Origin: Balanoglossus misakiensis | Taxonomy: Eukaryota; Animalia; Hemichordata | Direction of reading: 5' to 3' | DNA: 64,000 bases | Assembly: GCA_040954595.2 (NCBI GenBank) | Contig: CM082586.2 | Location: 4,595,125 to 4,659,124 of the forward strand | Shown here: positions 50,601-61,920 of the stretch, piece after piece | Layout of the letters: the number at the start of each line of letters is the position of its first letter | How positions within the stretch are numbered: the stretch's first letter is position 1 | Made by a program: the position numbers and the translations under genes | Notes under the pieces: generated by a model | Database searches by the model: none | What the model saw: only the letters and a program-made list of their open reading frames with translations | What the model was told of the DNA's origin: nothing

Positions 50601-50867
50601 CTAATGCTGATTTGTCCTCTGATTCCAACAGGGTTCATGCGTGATCATTATGGTGTCTATGACCAGGCCTTCATCCTGGCAACCTGTGCTTACGCCGTAG
50701 CAGTGCCGCTCACCACCATCGCCATGCCCATTGCGGACAAAGTAGTCCGGAGAAGACGTAGTAAGGAAGCGGCGGAAGGATCAAAAGTAGCGAATGGAAC
50801 TGAGATTTCATTTACAGATAAACAAGGAGAGGGTGGGGAATTTGCTGAGGGCACCTCCTCTGTATAA
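47653..50867 (+). CDS. Monocarboxylate transporter family (SLC16A/MCT) member, paralogue 1, 6 coding exons, ~525 aa
   Basis: Exons: 47653-47854, 48440-48625, 49039-49622, 49798-50002, 50206-50370, 50632-50867 (1578 nt, in frame). Motifs PPDGGWGW, YFKKKLPIAMGFALAGGGLG, YGWRG, ALFRP, GFMRDHYGVYDQAF. Possible 5'UTR exon donor CAG|GTAAGT at ~46610. Confidence 0.93.
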
Positions 50868-52196
50868 CGAAATAATCAGGCAGTAATCATCAGTGAGTTT
50901 GTCCAAGGAACAACAGGTATTAGAGAAATAGCTAAAATATTATAACCAACGGAGCTTTGAACCAATCGCATTACCGCCATCTAGCCAAAAAACCTCAGAA
51001 CCAGATCCTAGCTGTACTGTTGAAATGTTGGTCCGTTTTGTTTCCATGGTCACAAGTTTTTTTATGAAGATTTTAGGTCTTTTTAAACGAGCTGGTCTCC
51101 GAACGTTCTCTGCGGTAGTAGTAGAAAATAATATTTACTAGAATAAAGTTGACATAATTTTATATCGAAAAGTGACCATGTTATGTGCAGCTAACGAAGG
51201 TGTCTTTATGTTGCCGCCTTTATTGGTTTCGAAGAATTGAAAAGCCGGGCAAGAAAGAGTCAGGTCTGGAGTGGAAGGGGTGGGGTCACGTGGTTAATAA
51301 CGTATTGCAATAGAGATAATCGTCTGTGAACGTATTACCAAGTGTAATTTTATGGCGTATTTTAATAGCCCTTGGCTGCTTTCATAGCCTTTGTCCAAAC
51401 CAATACGATTCATTGATAATGGCTGTGGTACAGGGATCACGTGGCCGTGTTTGTGGTGGGGGCCGGGGTTAGCAAGGGGTAATAGTCTGTGTGATTACGT
51501 GATACTTTTGTGTCGGTGGTCATGGAGACGAGGTCAAACAATTAAGCTCGAGAACGCGATACCACAGACACCAAACGTTTTAAAGTGAAACCGGTCTCGG
51601 CGTCAGTCCTCTTGAAGTGATCATTCTAACCAGGAGAGACCGAAGACGTGTTGTTTTATCATAGTTATAACACGGTTATAACTTATCAGCTTACGTTTTC
51701 AGGTAAATCCTTCGAATTGTCAAAATGTAGTTCAGTTATTTCCCTAGTTATTTCAACAATTCAATATTGTCCAGTGCTGGTCAACACATTGACTATGATT
51801 CCGTGTTATTCTGAATCTCAGTACTGCATTACATGTTACAGCAACGTCATTGCAGAATATATATCCACAATTACATATACATTTTGTATCGTCTAATTGT
51901 GTCTGCCCAAATCCGAGGACATTATTTATGCAGCCGAATCATGCAATCCTCAACCAAATACACTTTACTAAGATAAGTAAAGACAGTTTAAAATGTGCTG
52001 GCATCACAGGTTAACATTGAGCACGGAATCTCGTCATAAGTTTTATTGCTCATTTTATTGATTCTGTTCTTGACCCATCAAAACTCTTCTTTACTCAATG
52101 GGCGAATTATTCTCGCGGCATGCAGGTAAGCTGATATCATGTTAACCAAATTCATTTGCAGAAAAAATATTTTTAAAATCGTGAAGTACGTTTGAA

Positions 52197-54416
52197 ATGT
52201 CTTCAAATCTAGAAGACGTCACTGATTCTGCCGAACTTGCTCTGTTGACCTGTGGAGTCTGCGGGACAGTCCAACAAAATGGCGCCGCGAGCAATAACTG
52301 CAAAGTACTGCCTTGCCTGCATGCATGTTGTGGGCAGTGCCTGGAGACAAGCCTAACGACGGGCGAGTTGAAATGCCAGAACTGCGAGGAGAAATTTGAG
52401 AAACCGATCGCTGAGTTGAAACCGCACTACGTTGCCGACATCGTGATGAAGATCGCCGAGGCGAGGCGAGCCTCGGGAAAACGCCACTGCGAGACGTGTG
52501 CTTCGTCGTTTCCCAGCAGCACTTGCGAGGACTGCCAAAATCATGTGTGCGACGACTGCGCCACCATGCGGCATCCGGAACACCGTGTGCGCAGTTTCAA
52601 CGGGAGCACGGCCGCGGGCGACAGCGAAGAGGCACCTCTCGATATCAAGTGCGACATGCACGAAGAAGAAGCGGTCAAGCTGTTCTGCGATACATGCAAA
52701 GTCCCCATCTGTCAGACCTGCACCTACGTCAGACACGAGATCCCGAAACACAATTTCGTCGAACTGGACGACGCGTCGCAGGAGTTCAAGAAACTGTTGG
52801 CATCAAAGATCGCCGATGTCCAGAGGACGCAGGACAGCGCCGGAGAGTCAAAGGTCAAGATAGAGGAAACTTCGGAAACGTTTGCCAGGCAGTACCAGGA
52901 AACGAGGGACGCCATACAAAAGCACGCCAAGGAAACCCTGGAAAGATTTCAGAAGGAGATCGAAGACAGAGAAAGGCGGATGTTAGACCATCTAGAACTC
53001 AATTACAACGGGGCAAGAGACACTTTGAATACAGACGCCGAACAACTTCAGAAGATTGAAAATCACATGAAACTCACAGGTAAATTTATGAAGGTTTTAA
53101 TCAACCACGGTAGTAACGGCCGGATTATGTCGGCTTTCACTGAAATCACGACACAACTCGACGGGCTTTCAATCGCCAGGACACAAAGACAGCAGATATC
53201 TGACGATTTCCTGCTGTTTACACCGGAGGAAATCACCCTGGATGGTGAACTTGGGTCGTTTGGAAAAGTTGAAAGCATTAAACCAAAGCTGGTGGACATA
53301 TCAGAAGTGCCTTCCTCTGTAAGAGTAGGGGAGACATTTGCAGTACCCATCGACTCGGTTGATGTAAAGACGGCCAAAAACCCGAAGCACAATGTGTTAG
53401 TAGAGCTTTTTGATTCACAGGGGAAAAGGTCCGTTCTAGATGTCGTGCAGCTCAGCCGCGACAAGAAAGTCAAAACCCGCGGCGTGAAGGTCCTCGCTCG
53501 CTCCAGTGGCCCACACGAACTATCCATCAAAGTCGGGAATAAACACCTGAAGGAGTCCCCGTATCGATTCGGCGCGGTGCCATGGAAACTGACGAGAGCG
53601 TTCGCGAGGCAGGGTTCAGGGTTGGGGGAGCTGGATTTCCCATACGGCATTGACGTCACCGAAGTTGGCGACGTGGCGGTGGCTGATCACCGCAACCACA
53701 GGGTACAGATCTTCAGAAGGAGTCAACTTTCTGGCGGGAGCACTGGCGAATTCGTCGAGTTCAAAGAGAAGTTCTTCCCGAGAGACGTCGCTGTCTCGGG
53801 CGATCTCTTCTTCATCACCGTCGACGTGGGGGCTCTCAATAAAGGCAAAGTAATAGTCCGCAATGAGGATGCTTCTATTCGCTCATCCTTTGGAGAAAGC
53901 GACTTGAAGGTTCCGACCGGAGTTGCTATTAATTCGACCAAGAATAAAGTCTACGTTGCCGACAGTCGTGGACATTGCGTGTGCGTGTACTCAAAAGACA
54001 GAGGCGATTTGGTTTCGTCAGTGGGCACGATGGGTAACGACTTGGGGCTTTTCGATCACCCGGAGTACATAGCCGTGGACAGCCACAACCGAGTTATCGT
54101 GTCAGACTACTACAACAAACGGCTGCAGCTGCTCGACCCGGATGGACGAGTGATCTCTGAAATTGCAGACGGAAAGAAAGGAGCAAGTCTCTCCAACCCG
54201 AGAGGCGTGGCCGTGGACGTGTACGACAACATCTACGTCTGTGACAGTGACCTGAACACCGTCCAGAAGTTTTCCGAAGACGGGAGGTTTATTTGTCGTC
54301 TGGACAGCGACACGGACAAGCTGGTTCGACCAATTGGCTTGGCCGTCACCAAGGACTCGTTGTGTGAAGTATTCGTGTCTGACAATGCATCTGGGTGCAT
54401 TAATATGTACTTTTAG
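52197..54416 (+). CDS. TRIM-NHL E3 ligase (RING, two B-boxes, coiled coil, filamin/Ig, six NHL repeats; TRIM2/3/71-like), intronless CDS, 739 aa
   Basis: Uninterrupted ORF. RING CGVC...KVLPCLHACCGQC...CQNC; B-box1 CETC..CEDC..CDDC..H..H; B-box2 CDMHEEEAVKLFCDTCKVPICQTC..H..H; filamin-type GPHELSIKVGNKHLKESPY; NHL blades GELDFPYGI..VADHRNHRVQIF, FPRDVA, PTGVA..VADSRGHCV, FDHPEYIAVD..VSDYYNKRLQ, NPRGVAVD..VCD..NTVQKF, RPIGLAV. Confidence 0.92.
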   Translation: MSSNLEDVTDSAELALLTCGVCGTVQQNGAASNNCKVLPCLHACCGQCLETSLTTGELKCQNCEEKFEKPIAELKPHYVADIVMKIAEARRASGKRHCETCASSFPSSTCEDCQNHVCDDCATMRHPEHRVRSFNGSTAAGDSEEAPLDIKCDMHEEEAVKLFCDTCKVPICQTCTYVRHEIPKHNFVELDDASQEFKKLLASKIADVQRTQDSAGESKVKIEETSETFARQYQETRDAIQKHAKETLERFQKEIEDRERRMLDHLELNYNGARDTLNTDAEQLQKIENHMKLTGKFMKVLINHGSNGRIMSAFTEITTQLDGLSIARTQRQQISDDFLLFTPEEITLDGELGSFGKVESIKPKLVDISEVPSSVRVGETFAVPIDSVDVKTAKNPKHNVLVELFDSQGKRSVLDVVQLSRDKKVKTRGVKVLARSSGPHELSIKVGNKHLKESPYRFGAVPWKLTRAFARQGSGLGELDFPYGIDVTEVGDVAVADHRNHRVQIFRRSQLSGGSTGEFVEFKEKFFPRDVAVSGDLFFITVDVGALNKGKVIVRNEDASIRSSFGESDLKVPTGVAINSTKNKVYVADSRGHCVCVYSKDRGDLVSSVGTMGNDLGLFDHPEYIAVDSHNRVIVSDYYNKRLQLLDPDGRVISEIADGKKGASLSNPRGVAVDVYDNIYVCDSDLNTVQKFSEDGRFICRLDSDTDKLVRPIGLAVTKDSLCEVFVSDNASGCINMYF

Positions 54417-54489
54417 AATCAGTGTGAAGGAGGTATATTCCTCCGACTGTGCGAACTTCTCCAAGAAAAAAACAGGGAATTGAGTTATC

Positions 54490-54505
54490 TTGTTGTTGTT
54501 AATCG

Positions 54506-54575
<70 letters not shown>

Positions 54576-54610
54576 ATCGATGATGATGATGATGATGATG
54601 ATGATGGTGG
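54490..54610. repeat. Compound (GTT)n/(GAT)n microsatellite
   Basis: GTT repeats switch to GAT repeats ~75 nt downstream of the TRIM-NHL stop codon. Confidence 0.95.
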
Positions 54611-55828
54611 TCTAAAAGGCAAGCATATGTGACATGAACAAGACATGAACTGAATATATTCCAGTGATTCACTGCTATTTATTATTCTACTAGAAATTTT
54701 ATTCGATATTAGTCCAATAGCATGACGTTTCTTGTACGTTGTATGCTGACCTGTCTACCATCAGTGGTACGTAGTTGTTGATGGGGAAATTTTCCATCAC
54801 GTTTTGGGTGGGTGATAGTAGAGCCTGTCGAACGCCAATCAGAAGAGAGAATTTAGCGTTGTTGGTCACGTGATTAGACTGGAGAAAGCATGCTCCCGGA
54901 CAGATTTCTCATGGCTGTCGTTCGGAGAGGATGGTGGAACTGGGCGCTTCGACATTTCGCTTGATTTCTTGCGTCCTCTCTACTGGATAGCCTAGACCGA
55001 GACTACCGATAGCATGTTGTAAAGAGGTGTTAACTCGAGCGGGTCGGTTGTGGTCGAGATTTCGCCAGGGACGCTTGCTTTCGGGCGTTTCTGTGTACCA
55101 TAGACAGAGATCGACGGTTGTTGTGAGGGGCCTCTTCCTTCCGCGTGTTCGGCTACCGGCTTCAAGGCCGAGCGCGTGGGGCTTCCTTCACAATTGGGCG
55201 TAGCAGTGGGATATATAAGATTGATGACAGGTTTTTTTAAGTTTCAGAATTTATTTTGGAATTATTGCCATGCATTTGGTCAACGCAGTTTTCGGGTTGG
55301 ACAGATTCTGTGACGAGCTCGTACAGTTCATGCAAAAAGAGGACGAACAGACGCAATGAGGTGTTCACTCTGGGCACCGTACTCCTCACGGGATCTGATT
55401 TATCAGATCAGTGCAACACCTCGGGCGTTTGGTCGTCAACTAGTATTTACTGTGTGGTTGAGAACGGTGTAGGGTTTATTTGCTATCATATTTTGGGTTT
55501 ATAATACGTCTATGCTAATATACAGTTTGAGGGGGGGGGGGGGTTAAAGTCGATTTGTTTAGTGAACGTCACTTTCACACTTTTTGTGACCACAATTATC
55601 CTGCTATGATTTTATTAAAGAAATAGCTAGTACCAAAGTTAGAACATATTTGCCTCTCACTAGGGTAGTAAGTTACCTGTTTTAATTATTATTCGACCAC
55701 AGGGATTTTTTCAGGAAAAGTAGATACATGTCAATGCTAAAGTGATAGCAACTAAATATGCATTGTTGTCTACTAGCCTTTTTCTACTTCCTTTCTCATA
55801 CTGATACAATGCGTTCAAACACGGTACA

Positions 55829-56044
55829 GTAATTATATGCATGATAAAATGCGCATTGTTTTAGTGAACTTTTCATACCACCCTGCCTGACCTTTGCGCC
55901 CTCTTTTGGTGAACTCTTCATACTGCTCTGCCTGCAGCTGACCTCCTACCTTGCCTTATTTGGAGACAAGGCAGGAGGCGAGGTCAGGCAGGCTGTAGGA
56001 AGAGTTCACCAATAGAGGGCGCATTTTATTATGCATAAAATTAC
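55829..56044. mobile_element. Foldback/palindromic MITE
   Basis: TAATTATATGCATGATAAAATGCGC...GCGCATTTTATTATGCATAAAATTA outer inverted repeat. Inner arms GCGCCCTCTTTTGGTGAACTCTTC / GAAGAGTTCACCAATAGAGGGCGC. The left arm carries an internal tandem duplication. Confidence 0.65.
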
Positions 56045-56510
56045 TCAGTCATGCTTTACTAAGTAGGTATCTGGGTGTTCCAGTTAGAATCATAACAGTA
56101 ACAGAAAGGCAAACAGAACTTATTCACCCCTATTGTATTAGTTTTTATCTACTTTCCCTAGGATTAGACTTGATAATTAAAAGACTGCATGTGACCAGAG
56201 ACAAACGTCACTACAATGGCAAAATTGAACTTTATTTCAGATATCAACACTTAATTTTTCATACAACACTTAATTGTGGTGGTGAATAAAGACCCACACA
56301 TTATTTGTTTAAACAAGAGCATGGCGATTGCTCAATTAAACAATTAGCACACAATTCTCTTTAGATATTGGAATAATATAAGTCCATCTTCCCTGCCGTA
56401 CGCAGCATCAGCGCAAGACTGTATGTGCGGTTTTTATTTCATCATGACTTGCATACATTTTAATATTGTGTATGCACAACTGTCCACACTCTGTACCATT
56501 ACAAGAGTGG

Positions 56511-59500
56511 TTATGTTATCTGTTCCTTGGCAATAATTTCTTTGAGCTGTTTTCTCCTTATTATTCTTTCAACCACTGGGAGTAACAAAGCCAGTCCAGC
56601 TGCCAGCAACAACAGCGCCCCTGTCACCCAGAATGTCCAATCATACACGTTTGTAGTATCACGTAACCAACCTAAAAGATACAAAATGTTTGTAAGATAT
56701 AAATATAGAGCATTACTCTGCAGGAAGGGAACAGCATATAACTATGTTATACTTCTATAAATCCATACATCTATCCATCAATCTATTAATTAATTAATTA
56801 ATTAATTAATTAATTAATTAAAATGACAAATTTCAATGTTGATCTGGTTAATTAATTAATATTTAACACAATTGAACTTAATTAATCAATCAAAAGAGAC
56901 TGGTGGACAGACAGTTCTATAATTTGAAGACACGTTCTCCCACCTGTCATGTACAACTTATCATATATTCTGTGGCAACTATTTAATTACCTCCAAAGGG
57001 TCCAAATAATAATACGCACGCTCCAGTTACATGCATCAGAAGAGACAGGCCATGTCCTATCTTCTCATTACCAAGAAAGTGCTTCAGCACTATTGAAGTA
57101 TATACCACAAAGCCTCCCATGCAGGAACCACTTACAAGGACGAATACAAGCTGACCTAGTGTAATAAATTAATGAATGAATTGATGGATGGATGGGTGAT
57201 AAAAGGAAAACATACATATAAGACCCATGTGATGGGAAGGAGACAAGGGAAAACAATGGTACACTGAAAAAAATGGTCATGGTTTATTTGCATGTCAATG
57301 CAAAGAGAACTATATCTTGTAAACTATGCAGGATTGTGAATTCAATTGTATCGACAAAGGCTTACCTGTAAATGTTGTGGTGTATGTACTCACGAAAACT
57401 GCTATGCCACACACAGCTGTAAGGATGGAATACACTACATAAGGCTTGGTTTGGTTAAAGTGCCCTAGTGCACCAAAAAATGTCCGTCCAAATATCTGAG
57501 CCAATCCCATGGCGGCTGGTACATACGCACTTTGTGTGTCAGGGATGCCAAGGTCACGTGCGCGCCTGACCTATAAATAGTGGAGGGGTTATTAGGGAGC
57601 CTTCAGTATTTACAGGGGGTGGGCCAGGGTGATTAAGCATACACCTGGACTCTAAAATGTGACCCCCCCCCCCTTGTCTGACATTGTAAAACCTGACCCC
57701 CACTTTAGGACATTTTGTGCCATGATATACAGTACACTGATGTATTGTGTGTGCAATCAACATATAGCAAGGGGTCTTTAATATTAACTATTTCACCACC
57801 ATGAATTGTCTTTAATTGTTTTATATGGCAAAGTTAATTGGTCCTCTACTCAGGCAACTTGGGGTGAAAGTGTTTAACATGCCAGAACATACTTTTGTTC
57901 CATGATGATGATGATGGCGGCGGTGGTGGTGGTTTTGGTGATGGCGGCGTGGGTGGTGGTGTTGTTGGTTTTGGTGGTGGCGGCGTGGGTGGTGGTGGTG
58001 GTTTTTGTGGTGGTGGCAGCATGAGGGATGGTTTTGCTGGTGGTGGCTTTCAACTTCGATAACCTGGCAACCCCATATGTGCCCTAGCAGCCAGAAACCT
58101 CAGTGTGTCGGTCAGAAGGTTGTAAACGTCACTAATTGGCAGTCTTACCAGATGGACTTGAAACGTGGTGACTCCACATGATTGACCAAAGTGGATGAGA
58201 ACCAGCACCAGGAAAAGTGGGTTCTTTAATAATGAAACGTCATATATGGCCGTCAAGAGTGTTTTCAGTGATGCATTGCACGTCCTATCAGATGTTTGAT
58301 AGTCTGTTGGAGTTTGTGCATCTAACATTTTGGTATCATCAGTAAGTCCTTCCTTATTGTTGATTGTATCCATGACGATAGTTCTTGCAACATCGGATCT
58401 TTCGTATTTGTAATCTTTGCTAAGTCTCCCTACTTTCAGTGGTCGCAACAGAGCGGCAGATACGCATAAGTGTGCCATTATTGCAGACAAAATTATCAGT
58501 GCTCCTCTCCAACCATAATGATCCACCAACATTTGAAAGGTTATAGATAATACTAACTGTCCTGCGCCAGTTCCTGACAAAGCTAAACCAAGAGCGATGG
58601 GAAATCGTTTCCTGAAGTAAATACTGATTATTTCAACGAATGTCACGTATGAAAGACCAAGACCAACTCCTGAAAACAGAAAATTACACAAATGTCAACA
58701 TAGAAAAACATACACAAGCATTGACTAGACTTACAAACAGTCATAACTTTTTGTCAGAGACAAATTTCATTATTTTTTTATGTCAGTTTGAAATGTATGA
58801 ACATTTTGTTTTCATTTTCTATAGTAAATGTCTTCTGTATATTTGTACCATTCCAGAAAATATGCATGAATCCATATTGATGTCATCTTCGTTTGATTAC
58901 AGAATACATAGACATTAGAGCAACTATTATGGATGACTGAAAAGTAGTTTGTCTGTCTAACATTTTAATTTCTCAATGAAGTTTTAAACAAGACGTTCGA
59001 AATTGATCATGGCAGGAAACAAAATGTAATGAATGGTATTACATTTTGATCAATCCCAGTATACATAAATTTGGCTTGGCCTCTTTCATGACCCCTGTAT
59101 GACCTTCCATTCTTGTACTTCCTTTGGTATGGGACTGTCAAAATTGAGCATTTTGGGATAATATAAACATGTAAAATACTGCATCCTATTCCACATGTTG
59201 CTGTTTGTGCTACAATTTTGTCTACCCGGAGACTTCCGGTGTTGCTCTTTGTCACAGACAGAAATATGTGGGTAAAGATACCAGATTGTTACACACTGAC
59301 ACAAATCTAACAAAATATATCAAAGACATGTGTTGCCGTACGGGGGGCACACTCCATTGTACTGAAAGTTCCTCTAATTAAGACATGTATTTCTGAAAAT
59401 GGACATTGTACTGTCTGCATACTTGGCAATAAATTTTTAAAAAATCCATCTTACCTGTCACCAATCCGTACGTGAGGTACACCTGATATAAATCGGTGGC

Positions 59501-60439
59501 AAAGGAACTGGCGAAAATTCCCAGTGACGCCAACACACCCCCAGCCATGATAACTTTCCTGTGTCCAAACCTCCGAGCTAATGGTACACTAAAGCCCATA
59601 GAAAGAACAGCTGTAATGGCACTTGTTCCACTAACCCATGCTTTAAAAGAAATAATTATGAGACAATGTTTTCATTCATATATCACTCAGCGATAGAACA
59701 CCCCCTAATGAACAATATTCCAAAGAGTTCAGTAGCATTTTACTAATTCACATGCATAAGATAAGCATCTAACACAAAAATCAACCACCTAGTATATATG
59801 TTATGTATCTCCTGTGATGAATGGAAGTGCCTACTAAATTAAGCAAGAGATATTCAACATGGCAACTTGCTATATTTGTAAACGCAGCAAATCAAAATTA
59901 CTGAGTTCGCTAAAATGCAACTTTGAGCTCTGCATTTTATAAAATTTTCTAACGTTTGTCCCCACCCCCTTCACTTCACTTGATTTACTATGTCTTCCAA
60001 CTATTGTAATGACTTGTATTTAATTTATTCATGTGTTATTTGAATTATTTAAATTTATGCATATATGCAAATTGGATCATGGGAATTCATTCACTTTGAA
60101 AGTTGGCATAGGGGGGTCAGTCACTTTTTGATATCCACAAAATAGAATCCACTGCCCCCTAGGCTGAAGAAACTGACTAGTCCCTAAGTCTGAAGTTTGA
60201 GCTCCTGGTCATTGTTCCCACTGTGGTGTGACCCTGACAAATATAAGAAGCATGAGCATGTTTACATTACCTGTTGCGGCCTTTGTTTCTCCAAATGCAT
60301 TCAGAAAGGCAACGTACAGCACTCCAAATGAGTACGGGAGTCCGGCGCTGAGGAAAACGCCGATGAATCCTGCCAGAACGACGACCCATCCCCATCCACC
60401 ATCTGGGGGATCTGCTGCTATTTCTTTCTTGTCCTCCAT
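56511..60439 (-). CDS. SLC16A/MCT family member, paralogue 2, 6 coding exons, ~468 aa
   Basis: Exons on minus: 60439-60271, 59640-59455, 58669-58149, 57570-57366, 57155-56991, 56671-56511 (1407 nt, in frame). Motifs DPPDGGWGWVVV, YFRKRFPIALGLALSGTGAG, YGWRGA, LLRP, GWLRDTTNVYD. Internal exon sizes 186/205/165 are identical to paralogue 1. Confidence 0.93.
56785..56821. repeat. (TAAT)n self-complementary microsatellite
   Basis: ATTAATTAATTAATT... run in the last intron of MCT paralogue 2. Confidence 0.9.
57784..57877. mobile_element. Degenerate piggyBac-like MITE copy
   Basis: TTAACTATTTCACCACCATG...TTGTTTT..TATGG...CCTCTA...GGCAACTTGGGGTGAAAGTGTTTAA. Confidence 0.55.
57902..58048. repeat. 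Degenerate (GGT/GGC/GAT)n low-complexity tract
   Basis: GGTGGTGGT...GGCGGCGTGGGTGGTGGT repeated units in an intron of MCT paralogue 2. Confidence 0.85.
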
Positions 60440-61920
60440 TTAGTGGTTGTGAATGTACTTTTGTAAATCACTCGGTCTACCCATTATATATGCACTACAC
60501 CAAAACGCGTCTGTATCAAAGCAAACCATGGGGGACTTTCATGACCTCTGTTTGACCTGATATCCTTGTACTTCCGTTGGTCGTAGGTTGTCAAAATGCA
60601 ACATTTTGGGACATGAGACATTTACTTATGTTGCTTGAAAATTTTTCAGGTTTCAAATCGAATAAATGCAAATAATTAACAATCGCTCAGTTGATGTGTA
60701 TAGCTTTTTGCAAATGAATGACTTGAACGCAGCCAATCCTCTCTGGTTTGGGAAATGTTACACAAATTCCATGCATTGGAGTTCAACAATGTGTTTACTT
60801 ACTTGTATTAAAGACAGTGCTCCAAGTTTGCTGCATAAGTACTTAGTCGATCACATGTATCATGCTCAGCACCTGCAACAGACTGTCCTTAATTTCTGCG
60901 TGTACCAAATCTCAGGTCACATGCACACACATAAATACTCCACAGAATCAACAGATGTCGGATGTCACCAAGGCATAGATCAGCTATTTATAGATACAAG
61001 TATCGTCACTAAATGGTGTTTGGTTTTTGTTGTCGATTTATGCATGTGATAACTGTCACGTGCCTTGCACCTTGTGTGTTGGTCACAAGCTCTCCCCCTG
61101 TCATTCTGCAGTCTCTGCTTAATACTGATTTCAACAATTTCACGCCACCAACGACTTCGTCGGATAACTAGGTCACATTATTAGCAAGGCGGTTTCTGGT
61201 AACACCTAAAGAACAAGCTAGGTTTGTAAAATTTCTTCATTCCCAGTCTGTTAATATATTGAGATATATAAGACGAGTATCTCGGGGGTTATGTACACAA
61301 ACACTGAAAGAAGTTAATGTGTCTGTTTTAATTAGAGCTCTGTCAAAGTGTGTGTCGAAATCGCCGAGTCATATAGCCGTACACTCACCATGTACTACCC
61401 AGCGCTGGTCACTTGCCAACCTCTATCAAGTTGTTGACCCCTTTATAAGTGTCTTGTTTCTCGATGGTGAAGGTAATTATAACGCACCAAGTATTGTGCT
61501 CGGGTGCAAATGTTATCAGTTGTTATACAGTGGGCGTTTAAAATGGCCACACCAGACTGTCCATATACATGTAGTTATAGCTGTATATATCGCTCGACAA
61601 TGTAGCATGGCCAAGTAGCGACCACTTCCTGCTTTTTACCTGGATAATACATACATACATACATACATACATATCAAATGTGACTTGAATATGATCAGTC
61701 ACTCTTGAGACATGGCTTTTACAGACAGTCGACAGACCGACACACAGGCATCCGTACAACAAATTTCTCACGTTAGCTAAGATGAAAAGAAATGCATGCA
61801 TTCTTCATATTCGTGTTCTCGACGTGTGTGTAAGATTGGTCACTTACTGGGCTTTTAGCCACACCTACACAGAATTTTAATTAAGTGTTTTTTCCAGTTG
61901 CTGTTTTGTCGGTGACAACC

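Noticed and set aside
60525-60545. GAAAGTCCCC on the minus strand, resembling the RNase MRP CR-I motif
   Set aside because: No partner CR-V motif or Pol III context seen; better read as an NF-kB-like site or chance.
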